Virus record (IMG/VR): IMGVR_UViG_3300027833_000020
Direction: 5' to 3' (one strand)
From: an uncultured virus (IMG/VR IMGVR_UViG_3300027833_000020)
Lineage: Duplodnaviria; Heunggongvirae; Uroviricota; Caudoviricetes
Length of the DNA stretch: 55,043 nt
Under the pieces are notes generated by a model. That model did no database searches. It was not told where the DNA came from and saw only the letters and a program-made list of their open reading frames with translations. The translations under genes were made by a program, and so were the position numbers. This document shows positions 29,337-39,661 of this stretch, in pieces (within the stretch, counting starts at the first letter, position 1; each line of letters begins with the position of its first letter).

Positions 29337-31133
29337 TTACTTAACCTCTACCATATTAACGGTTACATCAGTATCTAGAATCAGGAATATTCTTCCTGCT
29401 GGAGCTGATATATCATCGTTAGCCGTAGTTACCATAATATTGATTCCTGATCCAGCGAACCCAGTTACTTTGAAGTCAACTAAATTAATTTCACCAGTTT
29501 CATAGTTTACAGTACCAGCAATTGGTTTAACAATCTGTGGGTTTGCCGCATCTGCAGTTACGATTTGCATGTTACCTAAACCATCATCTTGTAAGTATGA
29601 ACTCACACTATTAAATCCGAACGTACCACTTGTAACTGATGGTTTATAATCTTCAAATCCGTTAGAGTCTTTAAACGGATAAGGCTTAACTAATTTAGAA
29701 TAAAACTTAAACGAAGGTGAAGCTGAGATATTTAATGCTGGTGAATATACAACATAAGGACATACACTTATTTCGTTACTTAAAATAGAGATATTAGATG
29801 CATCAATATTAGAAGATAGTTTTGATAATCTTAAAGTAGTATCAAAGTTATCTAGGTATGTAGTGTTGTATGCTGATATCGCTGTACGTACTTCAGTTTC
29901 AATTTGCCCAGATGATTTCTTAGTAACCTTAGGATTGAAGTATACATTAGCTTGAACACAACCGTAAATAAATTCAGAAGGAATAAACACTGGCTCAATA
30001 CCAAGTGGACTCTTTTCTTTTAAGAACTTAATATATGCTGAAGAAAGAACAGAAGATAAACCTTCTCGTCCTTCACCAAGATAAACTGAAATAGCAACTC
30101 TACCAAATTGTGGAGGCTCTAATGTTTCTCCGCCATATGCAGCAACTGAATCAATCTCTGGAAAGTTTTGTTTTAATAGGATTTCGTAATCACTAGTTGT
30201 AATTGCTCTTTCTTGTATCTGTAAAGATTTAGGAGCAAAGTATCTAATGTTTTCTAATGTTTCTCTATCGCCACCACCGGCAGCTTTGGATATTGTTTCG
30301 ACAGTAATTGTAGATGTTGCTAATTGAGCACCTAACTCGAATGAGAAAGCACCGTTAGATTCAACACCTGATGTGATGCGATATCTTACACGAATATCTT
30401 CGAATGCTTGTGGCTGTAAACCAAAGACGTTGTTACCAAAGTAAACAGTGTATCGACCATCATAATATGGTTCTACATAGAATACTTTATCTGTTGGTCC
30501 TACACCAAATAAATCATCCTTACGAATAAACTGGTTTGCATCTTCAGTTGCTTCAGCATCTACGAATACTTCTATTGAATCAGTATCAGCATTTTCGTTT
30601 GTAAGAATAACTCTTAGGATACCATCATCACCAATAAAGTAACCTTCTCGTTCAAAACTTGATAGCATTTGACCTTCGTAGATCTCTACATCTTCTGCAA
30701 CAAATGTTCCAACGCCGGTTTTACGTGCAACATATGTTTTATCATTTACAAAGTTATAACTTGCACCTTGATAAGTTGTCGTAAAATCTGAGTATGCTGG
30801 AATTGTAACTGTTTGTCCTACAATAGTTGCGTCAACAATAGTAATTGTTACTAGCGCCCGTGCTGATCTTCTTGATCGTGGAAGATAATTAAGTTCTTTT
30901 GCATGAGACATTACTGAGTTTTTCAACACAGCGGAGTCTAAGAACATTTCATTAACTGCCATATTTGTATAAAAGTTATTTTGATATGTGTTATAAGCCA
31001 AGACATCTAAGAACACGCTCATGTTCGAACCTTCAAAGTTATAATCTTTGAATTGTGTCTGGCTTTTCAGATAGTTTTTAAACTGAGTCTTGATAGACTC
31101 AAAGTCTAATTCTGAAATATTTAATTTAGCCAT
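29337..31133 (-). CDS. gp6: Baseplate wedge subunit gp6
   Basis: LDFESIK...FKDYNFEGSNMSVFLDVLAYNT...NEMFLDSA; QERAITTSDY. Confidence 0.95.
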   Translation of the reverse strand: MAKLNISELDFESIKTQFKNYLKSQTQFKDYNFEGSNMSVFLDVLAYNTYQNNFYTNMAVNEMFLDSAVLKNSVMSHAKELNYLPRSRRSARALVTITIVDATIVGQTVTIPAYSDFTTTYQGASYNFVNDKTYVARKTGVGTFVAEDVEIYEGQMLSSFEREGYFIGDDGILRVILTNENADTDSIEVFVDAEATEDANQFIRKDDLFGVGPTDKVFYVEPYYDGRYTVYFGNNVFGLQPQAFEDIRVRYRITSGVESNGAFSFELGAQLATSTITVETISKAAGGGDRETLENIRYFAPKSLQIQERAITTSDYEILLKQNFPEIDSVAAYGGETLEPPQFGRVAISVYLGEGREGLSSVLSSAYIKFLKEKSPLGIEPVFIPSEFIYGCVQANVYFNPKVTKKSSGQIETEVRTAISAYNTTYLDNFDTTLRLSKLSSNIDASNISILSNEISVCPYVVYSPALNISASPSFKFYSKLVKPYPFKDSNGFEDYKPSVTSGTFGFNSVSSYLQDDGLGNMQIVTADAANPQIVKPIAGTVNYETGEINLVDFKVTGFAGSGINIMVTTANDDISAPAGRIFLILDTDVTVNMVEVK

Positions 31134-31550
31134 TTATCGTGTCCTCTCTAAGAATACATCTAGCTTAATCGGCTGCTGTACGTTTGTTATGTAAAACATT
31201 ATATTTACTCTTACTGCATTATCATCTATATTAGAAGTTGCTGTTACATCTATCAATGTTGCTCGAGGCTCATATAATTCTATTGTTGTTCTTACTTGAT
31301 TTTGAATTAAAACCATCATTGCTGGTGTGATGTTCTCAAATAATAAAGCATTAATATCACCGCCTAAATCTGGCTGCATTAATCTTTCACCGCGATCTGT
31401 AAGTATAAGATTCTTAATTGATTCTTTAACAGAGTCTTCATCTTTATTAACAGTAAGATCAGATGATACAGGACTAATCTCAAGAGTTTTCTTGAAATCA
31501 GAGTAAAGGTTAATCTTTTTAGTATTAGAAGTAAATACTGTAGCTACCAT
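31134..31550 (-). CDS. gp25: Baseplate wedge subunit gp25
   Basis: SVKESIKNLILTDRGERLMQPDLG...YEPR; ends LERTR. Confidence 0.92.
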   Translation of the reverse strand: MVATVFTSNTKKINLYSDFKKTLEISPVSSDLTVNKDEDSVKESIKNLILTDRGERLMQPDLGGDINALLFENITPAMMVLIQNQVRTTIELYEPRATLIDVTATSNIDDNAVRVNIMFYITNVQQPIKLDVFLERTR

Positions 31551-31568
31551 TTTCCAGCTCCTGTTGTT

Positions 31569-33179
31569 TTATTGTGCACCTGATCCACCTCGTTTATCCC
31601 ACTGTCGTAATGCACCCACATCGACGTGTACAAAAGTATTATAATACCCAACACCTTTAAATCCTATTCGCCGTGCCAATTGAACAAACTCACCAACATC
31701 ATAAGGATTAAATCCTGACCAAGTTAAATCTACTGCATTACCACTTAAATGTTGTGAAGCTTTAGCACCACCAACTTTTTCATTATATTCAGGATTTCTA
31801 TATCCACTATTTAATCTAAGTGGTCCTGTTACGATACCGGCGTTATTAGCTTCTTTTTGTAATCTCATAAGAAGGACTTTTACATCAATAGGAATTAAAT
31901 CCCAACCTTCACGTGCAGGTGTCATTCTAGTAACCCATCCACCTTGAATCTTTAATCTTGCGTCACTACCACTTTCTAAGTCATCCCATTTAGGTAAATC
32001 TGTATATTCTTCAATTGACGGCAGAGCAACATTTCCTGCAGCTTCCCATTCATCTCTTGCTTTATTTATCTGTCTTTGGCGGTACTCTTCAGCTTCTCTT
32101 ATAGCTCCAGCCCTAATTGCTTCACCAGTTACTCTATTAGATGCATTTGAAAGTGTATTAAACACTTCATCATATCTGTTTGTAAAGTCTTTTAAAGGAT
32201 CTTTTAGTCCTTTGAATAATCCTTCTATACCTGTTGCTAATCCACACAAGCGAGATATTAAAAACATGATTTCTTCAATAGATGGGTTTTCGAATAAGCC
32301 AGTCGCATAATTAATTAAAGTATCAATTTTATCTGTTATTCTTTTAGCTTCTTCTGGTCCACACAACTGCGATAATGCTGTTTTTTTCTCTTCAACATCA
32401 GCAACAATTTTAAGTTGCACTGGGCTTTTATAACCTGGACCAACAATTGCGCCAACATTAAAATTAGAAATAGATCTACACACTGCTGCTATAGTCTTTT
32501 CAATCATATCTTTAATTTTCTTTTTAATAGCTTCTAGTAATGCTTTTACTTTAATCTTTTCAAAGGCTGCTTTTACTAAACTTTCAATGTTTTTAATTTT
32601 ATTAATAAGTGATAATGCATCATCAATTAACCCTTGTACTGATCCAATCAAATCAAAGAATCCATTAATTACACCAAAGATATTATCAAACAATGCACAG
32701 AACCCGCCCATAACACTTACACTAAAATCACCATTATAAAAGTCATCTAGTTCTTTTAAGAACCGTGAGCCATTAGCGTTAGAAGATACAATTGCTGTAG
32801 CAGGTGTGTAATTACTACTTTCATAAAATGCAGCAATTTCTACTGCAGTAAGAGGTCCTTTAGCAACTCTAAAAGAAATAACATCTAAGGTTCCATCAGT
32901 TTTACTCAAAGCATTTACAGTTGCTTCTCTCTTCATAAAATCATTATTAATATTGTTAACTGATTCGTAGAATGTTGTACCATATTTTGTAGCAAATCTG
33001 CTTAAAGCATTTGTTCGTAAATCGTTAGCGATATTAGCTTCGAATTCTTTTTGGAAGACTGCAACTTGATGAATAGTAAATTCGCCATTATCGTTTACTG
33101 TATTACCAATGTATGGTGTTGCTTGGTTATTTAAACAACTTCTGCAAAGAGTTTTTCCTGGTTTACATGTACAAGCCAT
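31569..33179 (-). CDS. Helical protein with C-terminal M15-family Zn peptidase domain
   Basis: SGYRNPEYNEKVGGAKASQHLSGNAVD...FVHVD carries the M15A H/D/H ligands; N-terminal Cys cluster and long helical region. Confidence 0.8.
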   Translation of the reverse strand: MACTCKPGKTLCRSCLNNQATPYIGNTVNDNGEFTIHQVAVFQKEFEANIANDLRTNALSRFATKYGTTFYESVNNINNDFMKREATVNALSKTDGTLDVISFRVAKGPLTAVEIAAFYESSNYTPATAIVSSNANGSRFLKELDDFYNGDFSVSVMGGFCALFDNIFGVINGFFDLIGSVQGLIDDALSLINKIKNIESLVKAAFEKIKVKALLEAIKKKIKDMIEKTIAAVCRSISNFNVGAIVGPGYKSPVQLKIVADVEEKKTALSQLCGPEEAKRITDKIDTLINYATGLFENPSIEEIMFLISRLCGLATGIEGLFKGLKDPLKDFTNRYDEVFNTLSNASNRVTGEAIRAGAIREAEEYRQRQINKARDEWEAAGNVALPSIEEYTDLPKWDDLESGSDARLKIQGGWVTRMTPAREGWDLIPIDVKVLLMRLQKEANNAGIVTGPLRLNSGYRNPEYNEKVGGAKASQHLSGNAVDLTWSGFNPYDVGEFVQLARRIGFKGVGYYNTFVHVDVGALRQWDKRGGSGAQ

Positions 33180-35317
33180 TATCTTGCGCCTCCGGTGGTT
33201 ATCGAGCCTTCTAGTGCAGCCTCTGATCTAGCTTTAACTTGATCTATTACACTTAAGACTGCATTTGCTGAAGTAAGCGATCTGTTACCGGCAGAATCAC
33301 CAGCATACTTACTTCTGCCAGCATTAGGACCAGTTACTAATGGTAACGAAGCCCACTCTGAAGCAAGGTTGTTAGCAAATTGTTCTCTAGTAATTGTGCC
33401 TGCTAAGAATTTACTTAAACCACGACCCTCTAACAGAACAATAGCCATTTTATCTTGATTTTCTGGACTAAACAAGTCTCCAGCACTTAAACCGGCTCTT
33501 GCATATAAGCTATTTGTTCCACCACCCTGTCCAAGTTCGTTATTAAAGCCGCGCAATGTATCTTCCATTATTTGGTATCTACCTGATGCTTCTGAAAGCT
33601 GACTTTGGTCAATACTTTCCTGCCAATCTAACACTTCTTGTATAGTCATTGCAGTAAGTTGTTTGGCTGGATATAACGCTCTTGAAACAAGACCTGATAT
33701 ATCGTCGTATCCTTCTGATTCTTTGTTACCAATAAAGTCAAGCAATGGTGTTGCTGCAGTTTGAGTAACAGCACTAACATTACCTATAGTTGAGTTCCCA
33801 GAAGAATTGTCTGAACCGCCATAATCTTTAGCTGAGAAGCCACCACCACCAATAGATCCTGGCTCGTCTGGGCCAGCAATAGAAGTTGATTTTTGTACTG
33901 GTTCTGGTGCAACAACTGCTGCAGCGTACCAACCAATCTCTGGTGAACCAGATCCTGGAATAAATGGTAGTTGACCAACCGGTGGTTGAAGTATTTTGGC
34001 ACCAGCTATCGTGCCAAGACCTGCTGCTAATGAAGGCCGTGGTGGTACAGGTGGAGCAAGATTAACAAATCCAGCACCAACATTAACAATCGGGCCACCG
34101 ATATTTGTTACTACGTTCCCACCAATTGCCATATCAATTCCTGCATCGATATCAGTATTGCCTGTAGATGAAATAAACGTGCTAGTAGCTTTAGTAGTCC
34201 ACGTTGTTGCTAATTGGTTAATCATAATTGCACTTATATTCATCTCAGCAACAGATTGAATATTAACTTGTGTAAGACCGCGCATATGCAGCTTATCAGT
34301 TGCATTAATTAAAATCTTTTCTGAGTTAATAGTTAATGCACCGTACTTAGGAGGTAATCCAATTAAACCACCAGAAGAAATCTGCATTTCTTTACCAGCC
34401 CTAAGAGACATCGTACCAACATTAGCTTGTACTTTAACATCTGCTGCTCTTATCTGTACTTGCTCTGAAGCAATAATATTAGATTGTCCACCAACCGATA
34501 GAAGATGATTGCCTCGAACTTTAGTTTGTAAGTCACCTTCGATTTCTTCAATCTTATTACCTTTAACGTATACATAACTGTTACCTAAAATAGTAACTGT
34601 GCTTGATCCACCAACAACTACGTGTTGTTTACGATCAATTACTTCGTATTTGTCTGATACTGTTTTGTCAGTTTTAACACCTCTAGAATCAATTTGAACA
34701 AAAGATCCAGATTTATGATGAATCATAATTCTTTCAGCGCCAGGAGTATCGTCTAATTCAATACTGTGATGAGCTGTTTTGATAACCCTATTGTGAGGAT
34801 ACTGCGCACCATAAGCCGATGATGGTTCATCCCAAGTTTTATCAGTACCACCAATTTTAACATCAACTGCTCTACCCATTTCTTGCTGCAATACATACGT
34901 ATCTTGAATATATTCGCCTCGGGCAAGCCTGTCTTGTTGAGGTTGTCCTCTATCTTCTGGTGCTGAACCGTGTGCTAAACTCTCGCCGTCTCCTGGAGGT
35001 ATCCACCCCCATCCGTTTTGTGCTGGGTTTAATTCATCAGCAAATTGAGTTGGAATAAGACCAAGTACCATTGGTTGCTGTGCATCACGGCCATCTAAGA
35101 ACATGCCATATACCCAAGAATTAACTTTAGGAATAGCGTTTGGGTCATATCCACCTTGAGCAACAATAGCCCACGGAAGCATATCTCTGGGAACATCAGG
35201 TATAAGCCCGTGTACACCAAAGGCACGCACTTGCACACGACCTTCTAATCGTGGATCTTCATTATTTTCAATAACACCTATGAAAAATAATGGATTCTTT
35301 AAACCTGCTGCACTCAT
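33179..35317 (-). CDS. gp5: Baseplate hub/spike gp5 with C-terminal lysozyme-like domain
   Basis: OB-fold DPRLEGRVQVRAFGVH...LPWA; YPHNRV...ELDDTPGAERIMIHHKSGS; beta-helix; C-terminal ES...ASGRYQIMEDTL...FSPENQD...EWASLP muramidase/transglycosylase-like motifs. Confidence 0.9.
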   Translation of the reverse strand: MSAAGLKNPLFFIGVIENNEDPRLEGRVQVRAFGVHGLIPDVPRDMLPWAIVAQGGYDPNAIPKVNSWVYGMFLDGRDAQQPMVLGLIPTQFADELNPAQNGWGWIPPGDGESLAHGSAPEDRGQPQQDRLARGEYIQDTYVLQQEMGRAVDVKIGGTDKTWDEPSSAYGAQYPHNRVIKTAHHSIELDDTPGAERIMIHHKSGSFVQIDSRGVKTDKTVSDKYEVIDRKQHVVVGGSSTVTILGNSYVYVKGNKIEEIEGDLQTKVRGNHLLSVGGQSNIIASEQVQIRAADVKVQANVGTMSLRAGKEMQISSGGLIGLPPKYGALTINSEKILINATDKLHMRGLTQVNIQSVAEMNISAIMINQLATTWTTKATSTFISSTGNTDIDAGIDMAIGGNVVTNIGGPIVNVGAGFVNLAPPVPPRPSLAAGLGTIAGAKILQPPVGQLPFIPGSGSPEIGWYAAAVVAPEPVQKSTSIAGPDEPGSIGGGGFSAKDYGGSDNSSGNSTIGNVSAVTQTAATPLLDFIGNKESEGYDDISGLVSRALYPAKQLTAMTIQEVLDWQESIDQSQLSEASGRYQIMEDTLRGFNNELGQGGGTNSLYARAGLSAGDLFSPENQDKMAIVLLEGRGLSKFLAGTITREQFANNLASEWASLPLVTGPNAGRSKYAGDSAGNRSLTSANAVLSVIDQVKARSEAALEGSITTGGAR

Positions 35318-36762
35318 GCTGTAGTCACTCCAATGTCTGCTGTCTCATTTCTGGCAACTTGTTCTTGTCCACTCCAATCAAATTTGGCTAGTTTTAGTAT
35401 TACGTTTAATACACCATACGACATACTATGACTAGTTGATTGGACTAAATATCTGCCTGATAAAGTTTCGTTCATGTTAATATTAGTATCTACAAAGTCT
35501 AAAGCTTTCATATCTAAATTAATAATCATTCCGGGTTTAATATCTAAGCGACCTTTCATTTGGGCCACTACTTGTGTATTATTTAAATGGTGATAATAAG
35601 ATACTCTGTTGTGCGCAATATCAGGAAAATGCTGATTAGGCAAAATATTAGAAGGTCTATCACCTGTTGCCGTATAATCTTTAAAGATCATAAATTGACG
35701 AGCGTTTTTATCTGTAAAATTATCTTTTCTAAATAAAGCTGTATGCGGACTTTTCCCAAGATCTCTTGGTGATCCAGACATGTCTATGTAGGCACCATCT
35801 GTTTCATAATTAAACCTAGAATAATTTAATCTTCTATGTATAAAATCTATTTCTAAAACTTCATTCGTATAAGCACCTGAGAATAAATCTGTAGATGTGT
35901 CAACACCTTTAGATAAAATATCTAAATCTTCGATTCTATTATACTGAGCTTCAACGTTTGTACCATCTAAGTCTACAATAGGTGCAAAGAATAAATCTAA
36001 TATTCTGTTATCAGCGTTATTAGCTTTCTTAATAAGATATTCATCTGTGCAGAAATGGTAGCCGTCTAGTGTTTCAAAGAATCTAAATGTTTGTGACGGG
36101 GAAGACGGGCAATAAGATCGTGATGCAACAAAAAACATTGCTTCACTAGGAGATAAATCTGGAATAATAAGTCGTGTATTATTTTTTGATGGCTGCACAA
36201 CAAAAGTTCTATCGGCTTCACTTCTTACATCATTAGTTCTACCTTCTTTAATAAGAGAATAACTTTTTGCTTCATATGGAAGTGGAGCACCGTTAAGATC
36301 AGGATCGGTTGTAGTACCAGGACCAATCTTAGAAAAGTTTTCTGCAAACATTTCCACTGCCATCTCAGAAGGAGTGTTGACGAAAGATGTAATAACGTTT
36401 TTAGTGCTTGCTTTAAAAGTAGCTTTTGAAACAAAATGAAGTTTATAAGTAACACCGTTTGAACTTGGCTTAGGATGTATATCAGTAACTTTATGAACAA
36501 TGCCAGATATTAAAGTTATAACATCAGAGTCACCAGTTGAAATTTCAAGGTTTAATGTTTCTTCTCCGCGTATCGGCATACCTTCTAAAACATTAGAAGT
36601 ATCTAAAATATCAACGAACCCGCTATAGGCAACAGAATCCATTGACTGCTCGATGTTAAAGCCGTAGATATAAGTAACAGATATATCTCGCCTAGTCGTG
36701 CCGTCATAAGAAATAAGCTCTGCTTTTTCTATATCTGCTTTACCTAAGTTTATTTCAGTCAT
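35314..36762 (-). CDS. Baseplate hub protein (gp27-like)
   Basis: Lies between gp53 and gp5; MPIRGEE, FRFFETLDGYHF and LSGRYLV motifs typical of hub proteins. Confidence 0.7.
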   Translation of the reverse strand: MTEINLGKADIEKAELISYDGTTRRDISVTYIYGFNIEQSMDSVAYSGFVDILDTSNVLEGMPIRGEETLNLEISTGDSDVITLISGIVHKVTDIHPKPSSNGVTYKLHFVSKATFKASTKNVITSFVNTPSEMAVEMFAENFSKIGPGTTTDPDLNGAPLPYEAKSYSLIKEGRTNDVRSEADRTFVVQPSKNNTRLIIPDLSPSEAMFFVASRSYCPSSPSQTFRFFETLDGYHFCTDEYLIKKANNADNRILDLFFAPIVDLDGTNVEAQYNRIEDLDILSKGVDTSTDLFSGAYTNEVLEIDFIHRRLNYSRFNYETDGAYIDMSGSPRDLGKSPHTALFRKDNFTDKNARQFMIFKDYTATGDRPSNILPNQHFPDIAHNRVSYYHHLNNTQVVAQMKGRLDIKPGMIINLDMKALDFVDTNINMNETLSGRYLVQSTSHSMSYGVLNVILKLAKFDWSGQEQVARNETADIGVTTA

Positions 36763-37020
36763 TTATGAATTTCTTATTTTTCTGGAAAATTCTTTTGTGA
36801 TAAGCGGTAAGTATCCACTATCAATTAAGAATATTTCTTTTTTGTTTTCATTTTCGGCTAACTCTTGGTCGTAAACTTTCCAAGGTCTCCATTCGCTAGG
36901 AATAATACGTTTGATAATAATTTTACGACCTTGCTCTGTACGTAAAATAATACGATCTTCTTTTCTAAGATAGATCGTTTGGAAAGATTCCGGAGCTAAT
37001 TTTACTATGTCTACTGCCAT
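36763..37020 (-). CDS. gp53 C-terminal part (separate ORF)
   Basis: VYDQELAENENKKEIFLI resembles the gp53 C-terminal YE-E--NE-KR-I motif; in frame with the upstream gp53 ORF. Confidence 0.65.
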   Translation of the reverse strand: MAVDIVKLAPESFQTIYLRKEDRIILRTEQGRKIIIKRIIPSEWRPWKVYDQELAENENKKEIFLIDSGYLPLITKEFSRKIRNS

Positions 37021-37023
37021 CGC

Positions 37024-37395
37024 TTATACTACCTTATAGTAATAGATAATGTTGTCTCCATTATCTTCTTTTGTCCATTCAACAACCTCGTCTCCGAGTC
37101 TACCAGATTCAGCTTGGTATTTGTCTGAAAGATACGCATTAAAATCTGCTTCGGCCATTGGCCACTGATGATACGGGTCAATGATATTGTTTGACATATA
37201 AACTAGCCAAACATAATCTACTGAACCATAATAAGCGTTTGCAACATCTTCTGCTCTGTAGCCTTCTTTAACCGTATACGGTAAGTACAACATAGGATTA
37301 GATGTAACAAAACTAGTAAATGTGTTTCTACGAGTAATGTCACGTACTTTAACGCCTTCATACTCAACTGTTGGAAAGTCTTTAAAATATTTCAT
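37024..37395 (-). CDS. gp53: Baseplate wedge gp53 (N-terminal LysM-like part)
   Basis: MKYFKDFP; YTVKEGYRAEDVANAYYGSVDYVWLVYMSNNIIDPYHQWP. Confidence 0.88.
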   Translation of the reverse strand: MKYFKDFPTVEYEGVKVRDITRRNTFTSFVTSNPMLYLPYTVKEGYRAEDVANAYYGSVDYVWLVYMSNNIIDPYHQWPMAEADFNAYLSDKYQAESGRLGDEVVEWTKEDNGDNIIYYYKVV

Positions 37396-38492
37396 TGTTG
37401 ATTACCTGTGCCGTTCAATGATCGTCTTCCGTAAGCTACAGTACCATCAACTGAGTTGTCATTTGGATCAGGTGCTTCAACATCTTCTCCTTCACCAGTA
37501 ACTACAGGTGATGTTATTGCATAATCGTTTGCTGTTTCTATTTGTAATTCTTGTAGTGTTATTGAAATATTAACACCTGCTGGTTTACCACCTGCCATAA
37601 TTCCTAATGTTCCACCTGCCGCATAATCTACAGTCATATTACTAACCATAGATGGTTTGAATTTCATGTAAAAGTTTTGGTCAACACCAATAAGATATAT
37701 TTTAACTGTTTTTGGAAACTTTAAGAAAGCTTTTTTAATTCCGCGAGAGCCTGAACCAATATCTTGAGCTTCTGGCAATACTGCACCTTTCATAAACGAG
37801 ATGATCTCTTGTATTCTATCAGAATCACGAGCATTATCTGGATATAAATCCCAGTTAAAGGTGTGGGTTTTAAGTTGTACACCTTCAAAAGTAATTGTTT
37901 CGCGCGGGTTTAATGCTTGGCCTAACGAAAGGTTTACAGCATTAGATAAGAATTCTGGAATAAACTTACTTAACATAAATTTTGTCATACTAGTAGCGTC
38001 AGCAGTAGACGTAGATGCAATAGACTTCGCAAGAGATGCAAGTCCTCCAGTACCGCCACTTGTCATTGCTTGAAGCGCTTGAGCACCTAATTTGCCTGCA
38101 TCTTGAATTGCGCCGGGAATGTCTGAAAGATTACCACCTCTTCCTGAAGCAATTTCAGCAGCTTTCTGGACAGCACCTTCTATTAAAGGATTTTGCTGCA
38201 TGTTATTATATATTAGCCCAGAAACATCAGATAACTGTTTTGGGAAAGGAAGTTCTACTGATTGCATACTTCGCAAACCTATACCAGATGCTCTGCCACT
38301 AGCAATTGTACTTTCAGAATCGTTAGTAATACTGTCGCCGTAACCGTCTTTAAATTTAGTATAAGAATACTCTTCAAAAACTAAAAGCATTGAATGAGGA
38401 AAAGGTTTGTCTGGAAACCTAATAAAATTAGATGTACGCGCGCTTTTATATTCTTTTTGTCGAATTGACTCTTCTGGGCGGTTAGTTGACAT
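37392..38492 (-). CDS. gp48: Baseplate tail tube cap gp48
   Basis: ALNPRETITFEGVQLKTHTFNWDLYP...VDYA...ITLQE; typical position divergent from gp4. Confidence 0.8.
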   Translation of the reverse strand: MSTNRPEESIRQKEYKSARTSNFIRFPDKPFPHSMLLVFEEYSYTKFKDGYGDSITNDSESTIASGRASGIGLRSMQSVELPFPKQLSDVSGLIYNNMQQNPLIEGAVQKAAEIASGRGGNLSDIPGAIQDAGKLGAQALQAMTSGGTGGLASLAKSIASTSTADATSMTKFMLSKFIPEFLSNAVNLSLGQALNPRETITFEGVQLKTHTFNWDLYPDNARDSDRIQEIISFMKGAVLPEAQDIGSGSRGIKKAFLKFPKTVKIYLIGVDQNFYMKFKPSMVSNMTVDYAAGGTLGIMAGGKPAGVNISITLQELQIETANDYAITSPVVTGEGEDVEAPDPNDNSVDGTVAYGRRSLNGTGNQQ

Positions 38493-38511
38493 GCGGTACT
38501 GTCCTTTGGAT

Positions 38512-38542
38512 TATAAATAATTTAATATTATTTCTATTTATA
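38512..38542. promoter_or_regulatory. Pair of oppositely oriented T4 late promoters
   Basis: TATAAATA at 38512-38519 (+, towards gp4) and tatttata at 38535-38542 (-, towards gp48). Confidence 0.75.
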
Positions 38543-38571
38543 ACAATTACAATGAAGTGTGAGGAGAACGG

Positions 38572-39036
38572 GTGGCTTATAGTGGACGGTTTAAACCAAA
38601 AAATCCAAGTAAATATAAGGGAGATCCCACTAAGATTATTTATAGATCTATGTGGGAATTCAAATTTTTTAGATATGTAGATGTACACCCAGATGTAATT
38701 TGGTGGCAATCAGAAGAAGTTGTTGTACCGTATCTTTCGCCAATTGATGGTAGAAGACACAGATACTTTCCTGATGTAATTGTACATAGTAGAGTACCTA
38801 TATCTAAAGGTGGGGGTGAGAAAACTTTGATGATTGAAATTAAACCAAAATATCAGACAGTGCCTCCCGACATAAATAAGAAGAAGACCGGCACTGGTCG
38901 GGTATCGAGAAGATATTTAAACGAGGTGAAAACTTGGGGAATAAACGAAGCAAAGTGGAAAGCAGCACGAATGTTCTGTAATCAACGTGGTTGGGATTTC
39001 CAAATTTACACTGAAGATCAATTAGGAATCAAATAA
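38572..39036 (+). CDS. gp4: Head completion nuclease gp4 (GTG start)
   Basis: YSGRFKPKNPSKYKGDPTKIIYRSMWE...HRYFPD...IEIKP...NEAKWKAA; SD GAGGAG upstream. Confidence 0.93.
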   Translation: MAYSGRFKPKNPSKYKGDPTKIIYRSMWEFKFFRYVDVHPDVIWWQSEEVVVPYLSPIDGRRHRYFPDVIVHSRVPISKGGGEKTLMIEIKPKYQTVPPDINKKKTGTGRVSRRYLNEVKTWGINEAKWKAARMFCNQRGWDFQIYTEDQLGIK

Positions 39037-39659
39037 TGGCATCAATGTTCGACGACATACTCCTTAAAGGAATAAGATCTGGTAAAGCACCGGCTCGCAC
39101 AGATGCGGCTAGAGAGTGGTACCGCGATCAGGCTAAAGGTGTTACCCGCACAAACAGAAATAGAACTAAGGGTGACAAGCTTATTAAAGAATTAAGGCAA
39201 GATCAAAACCGGCGTCAAGATAGTAGGTTTATGATGGGTAACATGTACTTATTTGCGTATGATCCTAAGCATAAAGATACATTACCATATTATGATAGGT
39301 TTCCACTAATATTTCCAATAAATAAAGCAAAGGGTGGGTTCCTTGGGATAAACATGCATTATTTACCACCGATTTTAAGAGCAAAATTAATGGATCAACT
39401 ATATACAGTACTATCAAATAAGGCATTTGACGAAACAACAAAATTATCTGCATCATATAAAGTATTAAACGGAGCTGCGAAGTTTAAAGAATTTCAGCCA
39501 ACGATAAAACATTATTTGAATGCACACGTAAGAACAAAACCGGCGTACATAAATCCATCAGAATGGGATATCGCATTGTTCTTACCAACACAACAGTTCG
39601 TTGGTGCTACTGCAAGTCAAGTATATGCCGATTCAAGAAAAATCGTAAGAGGAAGATAA
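39036..39659 (+). CDS. gp2: DNA end protector gp2
   Basis: YDPKHKDTLPYYDRFPLIF...GFLGINMHYLPP...LFLPT. Confidence 0.92.
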   Translation: MASMFDDILLKGIRSGKAPARTDAAREWYRDQAKGVTRTNRNRTKGDKLIKELRQDQNRRQDSRFMMGNMYLFAYDPKHKDTLPYYDRFPLIFPINKAKGGFLGINMHYLPPILRAKLMDQLYTVLSNKAFDETTKLSASYKVLNGAAKFKEFQPTIKHYLNAHVRTKPAYINPSEWDIALFLPTQQFVGATASQVYADSRKIVRGR

Positions 39660-39661
39660 CA

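Noticed and set aside
37024..37026. Genome-wide stop-codon reassignment as the explanation for the split gp53
   Set aside because: TAA, TAG and TGA all end conserved genes at the expected positions (e.g. gp6, gp62, gp44).
39563..39661. N-terminal extension of the gp54-like ORF in the track
   Set aside because: It overlaps gp2 by about 100 nt; the TTG at 39662 has an SD and gives a family-typical N-terminus.
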